DNA of 64,000 nt from assembly GCA_012514745.1 (NCBI GenBank), contig JAAYZR010000030.1, forward strand, positions 5,946 to 69,945, written 5' to 3'. Source of the stretch: Candidatus Undivivens industriae (GTDB lineage: Bacteria > Omnitrophota > Gorgyraeia > Gygaellales > Profunditerraquicolaceae). Position numbers and translations under genes: made by a program. The notes below the pieces were generated by a model, which worked only from the letters and a program-made list of their open reading frames with translations, was not told the origin of the DNA and did not search any database. Of this stretch, positions 37,863 through 48,418 are shown in pieces (within the stretch, counting starts at the first letter, position 1; each line of letters begins with the position of its first letter).

Positions 37863-39569
37863 TCAAAGCCCCCTTATCATACCGTTATCGTCCACGTCCA
37901 TCGCTTCCCCGCGCGGATGCGCCGGAAGACCGGGCATGGTCTGTATGCCGCCGCAGAGGGCGTAAAGATATCCCGCCCCTATGGCGGGCCTGATATCCGA
38001 GACCGGCAGAACAAACCCTTCCGGTCTGCCTTTCAGCCGAGGGTCGTGCGAAAGTGAAAATTGCGTTTTGGCCATGCATACCGGCAGAGCGCCCCATCCG
38101 CGCGAGGCGTAAAGTTCCATTCTCCTGCGCGCGATATCGGAATATTCCACGCCGCGCGCTCCGTAGATCTTCACGGCTATAGCGGAGATCTTTTCCTCCA
38201 CGCCTTCCCTCCCGTCATAAAGAAAAGAAAACCTGTTCGGCGATTCCGCGGCCCTGATCACGCTCTTCGCCAGCTTAATGCCCCCATGTGAACCTCGCGA
38301 CCAGAGCTCGCTGATCTCGCAGGCGCTCGCCCCGAATTCCATTGCCTTTGCGCAAACCAGACTGATCTCTTTATCGGTGTCTGCGGAAAAACGGTTAACG
38401 GCTACCACAACCGGCACGCCGAAAACGAGGATGTTCTCTATTTGTTTCTTGAGATTAACGCATCCTGCCTCCAGTGCTTCCAGGTCCTCTTTATTCAACG
38501 CTTCGTCCAGCGGCTTGCCGGGAGCCACTTTGAACCTGCCGCTGTGCGCCTTCAGCGCGCGCACCGAACATACCAGCACAGCCGCGTCCGGTTTCAGTCC
38601 GGAAGTCCTGCACTTGATATTAAAAAATTTCTCGGCGCCGCAGTCCGCGCCGAAACCGGCCTCGGTGACCACGTATTCGCAACAGGAAAGAGCGATCCTG
38701 TCCGCCAGGATGGAACTGTTGCCGTGAGCTATGTTCGCGAAAGGCACGGTGTGCACGAAACAAGGCGTGTTTTCCGCGGTCTGGATAAGATTCGGTTTCA
38801 ACGCGTCCTTCAGGCAGACCGCCATACTGCCGGAAACCTTTATGTCCTCCGCGGTCACGTATCCGCCGTCCCGGCGTTCGGCCAGCACAACTCTGCCGAG
38901 CCTGGCGCGCAGGTCGCGCGCGTTCTCGCTCAACCCGAGGATCGCCATCAATTCAGAAGCCGCGGTGATCTCAAAACCGCTGTCCCTCTCCCCGACGCCC
39001 TTCACCCCGGACGGCAGCCGCACTTTCCTTAAAGACCTGTCGTTGACCTCAACCACTCTTTTCCAGTATATGCCGTCGGCCGCGATATCCGGGAGGTTGC
39101 CTTGATAAATGGAGTTGTCCAAGTATGCCGCGGCCAGATTGTGGGCGAAAGCGACGGCGTGGATATCGCCGGTGAAATGAAGATTGGACTCTTCCGCGGG
39201 AATAACGTAGGAACACCCTCCTCCTGCTCCGCCGCCTTTAAGGCCGAAAAGCGGCCCCAGAGAAGATTCCCTTATACAGGCGCAGGCCGCAGCGCCGAGA
39301 CGGTTGAGGGCCATGGAAAGCCCGATGGTGGTGACTGTCTTTCCTTCGCCCAGCGGCGTAGGGGTTATCGCGGTTACCAGTATATATTTACTTCCGCGCG
39401 CCCGCGGCCTCCGGTGCAGAAGTATCTCCGGCTCTATCTTGGCAATATACCTCCCGTGGGGAACGAGATATTTCCCTTTTATACCCAAACGGGAAGCTAT
39501 CTTCGCTATAGGGACACCGCCCCGGTTAAACTCAGGTATTTTAAACAATTTACCGCTCCTCGCATTCAA
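37863..39569 (-). CDS. fhs: Formate--tetrahydrofolate ligase
   Basis: VTAITPTPLGEGKT, NLHFTGDIHA, PFANIAHG, TEAGFGAD, CMAKTQFSLS and TMPGLP. Confidence 0.97.
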   Translation of the reverse strand: MNARSGKLFKIPEFNRGGVPIAKIASRLGIKGKYLVPHGRYIAKIEPEILLHRRPRARGSKYILVTAITPTPLGEGKTVTTIGLSMALNRLGAAACACIRESSLGPLFGLKGGGAGGGCSYVIPAEESNLHFTGDIHAVAFAHNLAAAYLDNSIYQGNLPDIAADGIYWKRVVEVNDRSLRKVRLPSGVKGVGERDSGFEITAASELMAILGLSENARDLRARLGRVVLAERRDGGYVTAEDIKVSGSMAVCLKDALKPNLIQTAENTPCFVHTVPFANIAHGNSSILADRIALSCCEYVVTEAGFGADCGAEKFFNIKCRTSGLKPDAAVLVCSVRALKAHSGRFKVAPGKPLDEALNKEDLEALEAGCVNLKKQIENILVFGVPVVVAVNRFSADTDKEISLVCAKAMEFGASACEISELWSRGSHGGIKLAKSVIRAAESPNRFSFLYDGREGVEEKISAIAVKIYGARGVEYSDIARRRMELYASRGWGALPVCMAKTQFSLSHDPRLKGRPEGFVLPVSDIRPAIGAGYLYALCGGIQTMPGLPAHPRGEAMDVDDNGMIRGL

Positions 39570-39909
39570 AAGCGTCTTTGTAAAGCTCTATTTCCGGACC
39601 GGCCCCTTCATACATGACGGCGACCACGTCGAAACGCGAGATCGCGTCCTCATACCCGGATTCCGAGAGATACCAGGCCGCGGCCCGGCATAATCTCCGT
39701 TTTTTTTCCGGCGTGACCGCTTCCGCCGGACTGCCGCAGGCGTCGCTGTTGCGGGATTTGACCTCCACAAAACAAAACGCCTTTTTTTCTCTGGCTACTA
39801 TGTCGATCTCCCCCGCGGGACAACGGTAATTCCTCCGCAGTATGCGGTAGCCTTTCCGCCGCAGGAATGCCTCCGCGGCCTCTTCGGCGGCGGAGCCGGG
39901 CCTAGACAC
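39550..39909 (-). CDS. yraN: YraN family protein (UPF0102)
   Basis: GYRILRRNYRCPAGEIDIVA, FVEVKSR and RFDVV. Confidence 0.93.
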   Translation of the reverse strand: MSRPGSAAEEAAEAFLRRKGYRILRRNYRCPAGEIDIVAREKKAFCFVEVKSRNSDACGSPAEAVTPEKKRRLCRAAAWYLSESGYEDAISRFDVVAVMYEGAGPEIELYKDAFECEER

Positions 39910-40537
39910 CGGTGAAACTCCTGCGGTGTATTAAAGAAGGTCCGCAGCGGCCGATCGCGCTCCGGTGCGCCTCGGTGGGGTATCCCTTGTGCCTGGAAAA
40001 ACCATACTGGGGATAGACCGAGTCGTATATAGCCATGATCCTGTCTCTGGTGACCTTCGCGATAATGGAAGCGCAGGCTATACTGAAAGACCTGGAATCC
40101 CCCCTGATTACGCAGGTATGCGGGATCGGCAGCGATATCCGCATATCTCCGTCCACCAGAGCGTGCGCCTCCGGCAAAGGCCTTTTCCTGCGCGCCAGAA
40201 GATCGTTGAGGGCCTCCTGCATGGCCAGCTTGCTGGCTTCAAGTATGTTGACGCTGTCTATTATCTGTTCGTTTATGATGCCTATTCCGTAGTCGGCCTT
40301 CCCTGTGATCTCCAGGAAAGCGGCATCGCGCTGTCGGGGGGTAAGTTTCTTGGAATCATCTATGCGGTTGGAAAAAGAGAAATCCCGCAGGGCTGCGGCC
40401 GCGGCTACCACCGGGCCTGCCAACGGCCCGCGCCCGGCTTCGTCAATGCCGATTATCAACCGGCAACCTGCGGCTTCAAGCTTTCGTTCGTAATAAAGTA
40501 ATCCTTCTCTATTCTCCAATTGGGACCCGGGTTCCAT
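39902..40537 (-). CDS. rnhB: Ribonuclease HII
   Basis: GIDEAGRGPLAGPV, DSKKL, ASIIAKVTRD and HKGYPT. Confidence 0.97.
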   Translation of the reverse strand: MEPGSQLENREGLLYYERKLEAAGCRLIIGIDEAGRGPLAGPVVAAAAALRDFSFSNRIDDSKKLTPRQRDAAFLEITGKADYGIGIINEQIIDSVNILEASKLAMQEALNDLLARRKRPLPEAHALVDGDMRISLPIPHTCVIRGDSRSFSIACASIIAKVTRDRIMAIYDSVYPQYGFSRHKGYPTEAHRSAIGRCGPSLIHRRSFTGV

Positions 40538-40570
40538 GCTTGCCGGAACAGGATATAGTGAATGCCGCCG

Positions 40571-40942
40571 TTACGCTTTTTGCGCGCCCTTGTCTTCTTT
40601 TGAATCTATCTTGGTGGCGCGTTTGCCGATCTTGCTGCGCAGATAATAAAGTTTAGCCCTTTTGACCTTGCCGGAACGTATCACTTCGATCTTTTCTATC
40701 GCCGATGTCCCCAGAGGAAAAACCCTTTCTATCCCTTCTCCGAACGAGACCTTTCTTACGGTGAAGTTCTCGTTGACCCCGCTGCCTTTCCGGGCGATCA
40801 CGATGCCTTCGTATGGGTGCAGGCGGAACTTATCGGGCGCTTCCGGTATCCTCACGAAAACCTTGACCGTATCTCCCACGTGGAAATCGGGGAATTCTTT
40901 TCTGGTTGAGAATTTCTGTTCGATGGCTTTAATCTTGTTCAT
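40571..40942 (-). CDS. rplS: 50S ribosomal protein L19
   Basis: FHVGDTVKV, FTVRKVSFGEGIERVFP and GKVKRAKLYYLR. Confidence 0.97.
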   Translation of the reverse strand: MNKIKAIEQKFSTRKEFPDFHVGDTVKVFVRIPEAPDKFRLHPYEGIVIARKGSGVNENFTVRKVSFGEGIERVFPLGTSAIEKIEVIRSGKVKRAKLYYLRSKIGKRATKIDSKEDKGAQKA

Positions 40943-41109
40943 TGGACTGTCTCCTAAATGGATTTTACCTCGTGAAACCTTCCCGCCGTATACGGCCGAG
41001 AAACGCCCTGCGGGGTAAATATCCGGACGCGGAATTACCGGTCAAACGATGTTATGAGCGTTGCCGCTCCCTTTATATTCTTTGAATACTCCGCCCGGAG
41101 GGCACACCG

Positions 41110-41808
41110 TCAAGCCCGGCCGCTCCCGCCCGGCAGGTCAGGCCTTTTTTGCCTTGTCCTGCGCAGGCTGTCTTCCCTGCGCCAGGCGGCTATCCTGCCG
41201 TGGTCCCCGCGCAGGAGGACTTCCGGGACTTTCATGCCACGGAAATCCGCCGGTCTGGTGTACTGGGCATACTCTAATAGATTACCTTCGAATGACTCAA
41301 AATTCAAGGAATTTTTATCGCCGAGAACCCCGGGGATGAGCCGCACCACGCAGTCCGTCAGGACCATGGCCGGCAATTCCCCTCCGGTAAGGATATAATC
41401 ACCGATGGAAATCTCTTCGTCCGCCAGGCGTTCTCTTACTCTTTCGTCTACTCCTTCATAATGCCCGCAAATCAATATCATCCAGTTGAGCCGCGACAGT
41501 TCAAGCGCGAGCTTCTGGTCGAGCTTCCTGCCCTGCGGGCCGAGCAGGATTACCTTCCCCCGGCCGCGCCTGCGGTTTTTTTTCAGAGACTCCACCGCGC
41601 GGAAGATCGGCTCGGGGGACATGACCATGCCGGAGCCTCCTCCGAAAGGCCTGTCATCCACCTTACGGTGCTTATCCAGGGTATAATCCCGCAGGTCATG
41701 CGCCCGGATAAGCGCCTTCTTTTTGTCCCGGGCCCTCTTTATCATCGACTCGCCCAGCACTCCTTCGAACATCCCCGGGAAGATCGTTACTATATCGATA
41801 CGCAGCAT
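41110..41808 (-). CDS. trmD: tRNA (guanine37-N1)-methyltransferase
   Basis: [33 protein letters not shown] and YTRP. Confidence 0.97.
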   Translation of the reverse strand: MLRIDIVTIFPGMFEGVLGESMIKRARDKKKALIRAHDLRDYTLDKHRKVDDRPFGGGSGMVMSPEPIFRAVESLKKNRRRGRGKVILLGPQGRKLDQKLALELSRLNWMILICGHYEGVDERVRERLADEEISIGDYILTGGELPAMVLTDCVVRLIPGVLGDKNSLNFESFEGNLLEYAQYTRPADFRGMKVPEVLLRGDHGRIAAWRREDSLRRTRQKRPDLPGGSGRA

Positions 41809-41812
41809 ATAC

Positions 41813-42961
<1,149 letters not shown>

Positions 42962-43353
42962 TTAATCCACAATCACGACAAAAATAATCTTTAATTCCAA
43001 AAGGTGCAACCGGGTTAAAACCCGGGGATTTCTGGGCGAGGGGATTAAAGCATCTTTTATGTCATGGAAAGTAAAAACAACTATATTATCAGAAAGCCTT
43101 CGTGTATAGTAATTTTGTTCCAGGGGGACATCAGTAATTACAACTAAGAATTTCCCGCCTCTTATAACCTGTAATTGTGTCAGCAATGATGCATCAGTAA
43201 ATTCCCAATCTGATCCAGTTGCCTTGCATGAAAAAGGATAATTGTCAATCCACCAACTATCTCAAAAACAGAAGACTTCCACTTCTCTATCTTTCGTTTA
43301 TCGAAATCCGGGGGGAGACTACCGATAGAAACGATCTTTATTCTTATTCTCAT
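42962..43353 (-). pseudogene. Frameshifted, probably truncated AT-rich hypothetical gene
   Basis: AAGGA RBS and ATG 43353 give MRIRIKIVSIGSLPPDFDKRKIEKWKSSVFEIVG. A protein-like sequence continues in another frame from about 43249 (IDNYPFSCKATGSDWEFTDASLL...VPLEQNYYTRRLSDNIVVFTFHDIKDAL). Confidence 0.65.
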
Positions 43354-43460
43354 AACTATACTTTCCTTGACCCGGGATCCGCAAGAGGGTTCGAGGAAAA
43401 CGGCCTAAATCTTTGCCGGATCCTGCGACTTCCAAAGGGATGAATAAAACCCTGTTTTAG

Positions 43461-43589
43461 ACGGTCTGCTCAAAAAGCCTCAGATGATAGGCGCGCGCCA
43501 AGCGACTGCGGAGGCGTATGTATTCATATACGCCGCACAAAGACCGCGCGGCGCGCAACAACGCAGATGAGGCTTCTTCAGCAGACTGT
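43461..43589. mobile_element. 129-bp MITE-like element
   Basis: Terminal inverted repeats ACGGTCTGCTCAAAAAGCCTCAGATG vs ACAGTCTGCTGAAGAAGCCTCATCTG (21/26 match), internal hairpin GGCGTAT..ATACGCC, and no ORF. It abuts the queA stop codon. Confidence 0.75.
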
Positions 43590-44584
43590 TAAATAATCAG
43601 CATCGCATCGCCATAACTGTAAAACCTATACTTCTGTTCCACCGCCTGCCGATAAGCGTCCAGTACCATTTCAGTCCCGGCAAAGGCGCAGACAAGCATA
43701 AGTAGAGTGGTCTTCGGCAGGTGAAAATTGGTGACCAGCCGGTTGACCAGGCGAAAATCGTATCCCGGGTAAATGAAAAGCCCGGTCCTCCCTTCTCTTT
43801 CCCCTGAAGAAGCGTAAGTTTCCAGGACGCGCAGACTGGTAGTCCCTACCGCGCAGATCTTTCCGCCGGAAGCCGCGGCCTCTCTTATTCTCAAAAGAGC
43901 ATCCTCTCCGATACGGTAACGCTCCTCTTCCATAATGTGCCTGGAGACATCCTCGCATTTGACCGGTTTGAATGTTCCGTAACCCACGTGCAGAGTCACG
44001 TAAGCCGTCCGCGCTCCGGCGGCGTTTATCGTATTAAGAAGCTCCGGAGTAAAATGCAGACCGGCAGTCGGCGCCGCCACCGAACCGTTTTCGCGCGCGA
44101 AGACCGTCTGGTAATACAACCTGTCTTCTTCGGAAGGTTCTCTTTTTATATATGGAGGGAGCGGGACGCTTCCGGAGGCGTAGATATCCTTCTCCGCGCA
44201 TCCGCTGAAGACGACCTCATCCTTTGCGGTGACCGTGCAGACGATATTCGGGTCGCTCAACAACAGCCGCTCTCCGGCCTTCAGTCGCGCCGGCTTAAGC
44301 AGCGCGCGGAACACCAGCCCGTTCTTGCGTTCAAGCAGGAAAACCTCGGCTTTTCCGCCGCTTCTCCTGCGCGCCTTTATGCGGGCCGGCACTACCCTGC
44401 TGTCGTTAAGCACCAGCAGGTCCCTCTTCTCCATATAATCCGGGAGATCCGAGAATGACCGATGCTCCACCTTGCCGCTCTTCTTTTCCAGGACCAGCAG
44501 TCTGGCCTTGTCGCGCCGGTGCAAAGGGTATTGCGCCACTGACCCGGACGGCAGTTCAAAATTGAAGTCGGAAAGTCTCTGCAT
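43589..44584 (-). CDS. queA: S-adenosylmethionine:tRNA ribosyltransferase-isomerase
   Basis: LSDFNFELP, LPPYIKR, AAPTAGLHFT, TLHVG, TNFHLPKTTL and YRFYSYGDAM. Confidence 0.97.
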   Translation of the reverse strand: MQRLSDFNFELPSGSVAQYPLHRRDKARLLVLEKKSGKVEHRSFSDLPDYMEKRDLLVLNDSRVVPARIKARRRSGGKAEVFLLERKNGLVFRALLKPARLKAGERLLLSDPNIVCTVTAKDEVVFSGCAEKDIYASGSVPLPPYIKREPSEEDRLYYQTVFARENGSVAAPTAGLHFTPELLNTINAAGARTAYVTLHVGYGTFKPVKCEDVSRHIMEEERYRIGEDALLRIREAAASGGKICAVGTTSLRVLETYASSGEREGRTGLFIYPGYDFRLVNRLVTNFHLPKTTLLMLVCAFAGTEMVLDAYRQAVEQKYRFYSYGDAMLII

Positions 44585-44592
44585 CTGTTGTT

Positions 44593-45816
44593 TCAGCGCC
44601 TGCCGCCCGCCGCTTTGCTGTCGCCGGATTTGAAACTGCCCAATTCGGCTATCTGCGTTCCGGGATAATAATGTGAAAGTATCTGCGCGTACGAGGCCCC
44701 CTGCTTGGCCATGAAATAAGCGCCCCACTGGCAAAGCCCCACTCCGTGGCCCCATCCGGCGCCTTCAAAGATTATGCCGGCCCCGGAAAGCCGCGCCTCA
44801 AAATCGGTGCTTTTTATTACGTCCGGTCCCAAGAGCTGCCGGAACTCCTTCGCGGAAATGGTCCTGGTCCCTCCATCCTCGAAAGAAAAAATCAATTCTT
44901 CCATACGGCCGGACGCGTCCCGGCTGCCGGGGGTGATCACGGTTATCTGGGGAACACCCACGCTGCTCTCCGCGTGCAGTTTTGAAGAAACTTCTTTATT
45001 GGAGAGCGTCCTGCTCCAGCGTGAATGCGGAGATTCCCCGCAGTAGCCGCAGGCCACGCCTTTCAGAGGGGGAAGATTTATGTTCCAGAGCTTCGCGGCG
45101 TCCTCGGTGCGCCCGCCGCAGGCGGAGTGGTAATAAGCCGGGAATATTCTTCCGTCGTAAACCAGCACCATGCCTTCGGTATCCTTGACCATCTTGTTGG
45201 TGCGATAACGCTCGGCGGTCATCCCCCCGTAAACCTGTGAATAAACGTCGCAGGTGACGTCGTAATCCCTGGAGGAATTCTCAGCCGCCCGATACAGGGC
45301 GAAACTTCTGAACACTATAGCCTCGGCCTTAAGCACCTCCGGCGGCCAGTAGTGAGAAGACTCCCTGATGAAGATCCCTTTTATGTAATCTTCCAGCCCC
45401 ACATAGTTCACCGCCAACAAGGAACCGTTTTTACCGATCAGGCGCATTTCCCCCCGGAAACGCCTGCCGTTAAGGTATATCTCGTTACGGTCGCGGGACC
45501 TTATGACTATGCCCCCGGCGGAGAAAAGATGCCCGCCGGCGGATATACCTTTCTGCCCGGACGTTACGGTCCAGCGGGCGTTCTTCTCCTGCAGCAATCT
45601 GCGGCCCGTGGCCGCATCGTAAATGTGGAATTCTCCGTTCACCTTCAGACCGATGGAATCTACATTGCGCAGCACGGCGACCCTTATATAGGGTTCGCAG
45701 GATGAGGGCGGTTTGTATTCCCTGTCCTTCTGCTCCGGAGCCGCGGCCGGACAGAGCGCCGCCGCGGAGCAAAAAACAGTTATCATTATCAGTGCCGATC
45801 CGGGGAATTTATTCAT
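44593..45816 (-). CDS. SpoIID/LytB domain protein (lytic transglycosylase-like)
   Basis: Signal peptide, VNYVGLEDYIKG, SQVYGG, YHSACGG, GWGHGVGLCQWGA and ILSHYYPG. Confidence 0.92.
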   Translation of the reverse strand: MNKFPGSALIMITVFCSAAALCPAAAPEQKDREYKPPSSCEPYIRVAVLRNVDSIGLKVNGEFHIYDAATGRRLLQEKNARWTVTSGQKGISAGGHLFSAGGIVIRSRDRNEIYLNGRRFRGEMRLIGKNGSLLAVNYVGLEDYIKGIFIRESSHYWPPEVLKAEAIVFRSFALYRAAENSSRDYDVTCDVYSQVYGGMTAERYRTNKMVKDTEGMVLVYDGRIFPAYYHSACGGRTEDAAKLWNINLPPLKGVACGYCGESPHSRWSRTLSNKEVSSKLHAESSVGVPQITVITPGSRDASGRMEELIFSFEDGGTRTISAKEFRQLLGPDVIKSTDFEARLSGAGIIFEGAGWGHGVGLCQWGAYFMAKQGASYAQILSHYYPGTQIAELGSFKSGDSKAAGGRR

Positions 45817-46028
45817 CTGCGTGAAAATATGCGAAAAAGCAGGGAAGCCGCAAGGCTAATGAGCAGGCAGGTCGCCAGCGGGAAATAAAAGGAGAACTTC
45901 TCGCTCTTTATATAGATATCTCCCGGGAGCCTGCCTGGAAACGATATTTTCTGCGCCGCTAAAAGCAGCGCGCCCAGGCATATCAGCGCCAGTCCAGAGA
46001 ATATCAGTGCCTTAGCCGTCCACTGCAT
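45813..46028 (-). CDS. DUF2905 family membrane protein
   Basis: GRLPGDIYI...FYFPLATCLLIS signature. Confidence 0.9.
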   Translation of the reverse strand: MQWTAKALIFSGLALICLGALLLAAQKISFPGRLPGDIYIKSEKFSFYFPLATCLLISLAASLLFRIFSRR

Positions 46029-46032
46029 AGTC

Positions 46033-46602
46033 TTACGAGGTTATCCCGGAGCGCTCCGGCGCCGCGGGCTTTATTTTCGCGTGGTATCTCTCCGTCTCCG
46101 AATAAACGCAGCCGCAGTATTTCTGCAGATATAATCCGTCTTCGCGCGCCCTCCTGCGGGCCCCGCGAAACCCGGGACGGAAATCTTCGTAATAAAAATC
46201 CACTTTTTCCTCTTCCGCCGCCTGTCCGGCCGCCGCCTTCAGCAGTTCGTGGTTCTGATAAGGACTGACCAGAAGCGTGCTGGAAAAGGCGTCCATCCCG
46301 CGGCTGCGGGCCATTCTGGCCGTGAAACGCATACGCAGCAGCCAACAGGCCGCGCATCTTGACGACGTTCCGCCGTGCTTGACCTCCGCGAAAAACTCCT
46401 GCGGGGCGTACTCAGGATATTCCACTTCAAGGCCGCGGGGCCCGGAATAGGCCTCCAGACATTTCCTGCGCGCGCCGTATTCCAACGCGCCGTGGATATT
46501 GGGATTATAGAACACGCCCGAAGCTTCAATACCGAGCTCTCTCATTCTTTCCAAAGGATAGATCAGGCAAGGTGCGCAGCAGATATGCAAAAGTATCTTC
46601 AT
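46033..46602 (-). CDS. queH: Epoxyqueuosine reductase QueH
   Basis: LLHICCAPC, FYNPNIH, RCAAC, STLLVSPYQ and YLQKYCGCVYS; clustered with queA and tgt. Confidence 0.93.
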   Translation of the reverse strand: MKILLHICCAPCLIYPLERMRELGIEASGVFYNPNIHGALEYGARRKCLEAYSGPRGLEVEYPEYAPQEFFAEVKHGGTSSRCAACWLLRMRFTARMARSRGMDAFSSTLLVSPYQNHELLKAAAGQAAEEEKVDFYYEDFRPGFRGARRRAREDGLYLQKYCGCVYSETERYHAKIKPAAPERSGITS

Positions 46603-47670
46603 CTAAAAAAGCCCGGTCTGTTCTCCGGCGGGGCATTTCAACCCGAGATGCTCGCAGGCCTGCCGGGAGATCATCCTGCCGCGGCTGGTACGCTTAAGAA
46701 ATCCTATCTGGAGCAGATAAGGTTCCACGGTATCGGCGATGGTGTCGGACTCCTCATTGAGACTGGCAGCGAGCGATTCGATGCCCACCGGACCGCCGCC
46801 GTAATACTCGGAGATCATCCTGAGCACCTTGCGGTCCATCTCATCCAGACCGGCCTGATCTATGCGCAGGCGTGCCAGCGCGCTGCGCACCAGTTCGATA
46901 TCTATGGCGTTTCTGCCTTCGACCTGCGCGTAATCCCTTACCCGGCGCAGCAGACGGTTGGCGATCCTGGGCGTGCCGCGCGACCTGCGCGCCATCTCCC
47001 CGGCGGCGTCTGCGGATATATCTATGCTCAATATCCCGGCCGAGCGCCTGATTATCGCGGCAAGCTCATCCGGAGCGTAGAAATCAAGATGATAGAGTAT
47101 CCCGAACCTGCTGCGTAAAGGAGCGGAAAGCAGTCCGGAACGTGTGGTCGCTCCGATCAACGTGAACGGTTTCAGATTGAACTTTATGGTCTTGGCGTAA
47201 GGGCCTTTATCGATAACGAAATCTATCTGGAAATTCTCTATGGCCGGATAAAGAAACTCTTCTACCACTTTGGAAAGCCTGTGTATCTCGTCTATGAAAA
47301 GGATATCTCCTTTTTCCAGGTTGGTCAATATGCCGATCAGGTCTCCGGCCCTCTCGATGGCCGGACCGGAGGTGGCGGTTATCTTGGAATTCATCTCGTG
47401 CGCTATTATGCGCGAGAGAGAGGTCTTGCCGAGGCCGGGAGGACCAGAGAGCAGAACGTGTTCCAGCGGCTCACCGCGCTGCGCGGCGGCGGCCAGGCAT
47501 ACCTTAAGATTGGAAACCGTCTCCTTCTGGCCGACGAAATCGTCCAGGCGCTCCGGCCGCACGGAAAGGTTGATGACGACATCCTCTTCCGTCTCTATCT
47601 TGTCGAATACCTCGGACTGCCCGCCTTCGACGCCGGCGCTAATTATTTTCCGTCTGGACTGCTCTGTCAT
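46603..47670 (-). CDS. ruvB: Holliday junction branch migration helicase RuvB
   Basis: GPPGLGKT, FIDEIHRL, GATTR, SRGTPRIANRLL and EPYL. Confidence 0.97.
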   Translation of the reverse strand: MTEQSRRKIISAGVEGGQSEVFDKIETEEDVVINLSVRPERLDDFVGQKETVSNLKVCLAAAAQRGEPLEHVLLSGPPGLGKTSLSRIIAHEMNSKITATSGPAIERAGDLIGILTNLEKGDILFIDEIHRLSKVVEEFLYPAIENFQIDFVIDKGPYAKTIKFNLKPFTLIGATTRSGLLSAPLRSRFGILYHLDFYAPDELAAIIRRSAGILSIDISADAAGEMARRSRGTPRIANRLLRRVRDYAQVEGRNAIDIELVRSALARLRIDQAGLDEMDRKVLRMISEYYGGGPVGIESLAASLNEESDTIADTVEPYLLQIGFLKRTSRGRMISRQACEHLGLKCPAGEQTGLF

Positions 47671-48418
47671 AGGGAATTATGTTCTCGCTGTTCCTGACCA
47701 CCTCTATCTCCTCGAAAAGACCGCGCTGGACCGCCACTATCTCCTTCATGCGCACCAGTTCCAGGATGGCCAGGAAAGTGACCGCTATCTCGACTTTGTT
47801 CCTGGCCCGGCCGAAGAGCCCGGAAAGGGTGGTCGATTGTTTCACGAGCAGGAGATGCAGGATGTGATGTATTTTGTCTTCGACGGTGAACTCGTCCTTG
47901 ATCACCTCGTAGAACATCTCTTTCGGCACCTCCTGCATCGCCTTGGAAAACGCGCTGATCAGATCGAATATACTGGCCTCGAAATACCCTTCTCCGCTCC
48001 CCTTCACGTCCTCCCCCGAGGATATCTCCTCCTTTTCCAGCGGGCGGGCCCGTTTAAAAAGGTTCATCCGGACCGCTTCCCTCTCCTTCAACTCGTCGGC
48101 GACTTTCTTGAACTTCTCGTATTCCAGCAGGCGCCTGACCAGCTCCGCGCGCGGATCTTCCTGCTCTTCCTGCCGCTCTTCTTCCTGCTCCGCGGGAAGC
48201 AACATCTTGGATTTTATCTCCATCAGCGTGGCCGCCATAACGAGGAAGTCCCCGGCTATGCCGAGGTCGAGCAGCTTCATCAATTCCAGGTATTTAAGAT
48301 ACTGCTCCGTGACCTGGGCGATAGGAATATCGTAGATGTTCAAATGGTCTTTCTTCACCAGGTAAAGCAGCAGGTCCAGCGGACCTTCGAAAAGTTCCAG
48401 CCTGACTTTATAGCTCAT
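47639..48418 (-). CDS. scpA: Segregation/condensation protein A
   Basis: FEGPLDLLLYL, FLVMAATL..IKSKMLLP, EDPRAELV and TFLAILEL. Confidence 0.95.
   Translation of the reverse strand: MSYKVRLELFEGPLDLLLYLVKKDHLNIYDIPIAQVTEQYLKYLELMKLLDLGIAGDFLVMAATLMEIKSKMLLPAEQEEERQEEQEDPRAELVRRLLEYEKFKKVADELKEREAVRMNLFKRARPLEKEEISSGEDVKGSGEGYFEASIFDLISAFSKAMQEVPKEMFYEVIKDEFTVEDKIHHILHLLLVKQSTTLSGLFGRARNKVEIAVTFLAILELVRMKEIVAVQRGLFEEIEVVRNSENIIPYDRAVQTENN

Noticed and set aside
43250-43270. Programmed ribosomal frameshift in the AT-rich gene
   Set aside because: The only slippery-looking run (GTTTTTGA) would shift straight into a TGA stop. A one-base deletion is the simpler explanation.
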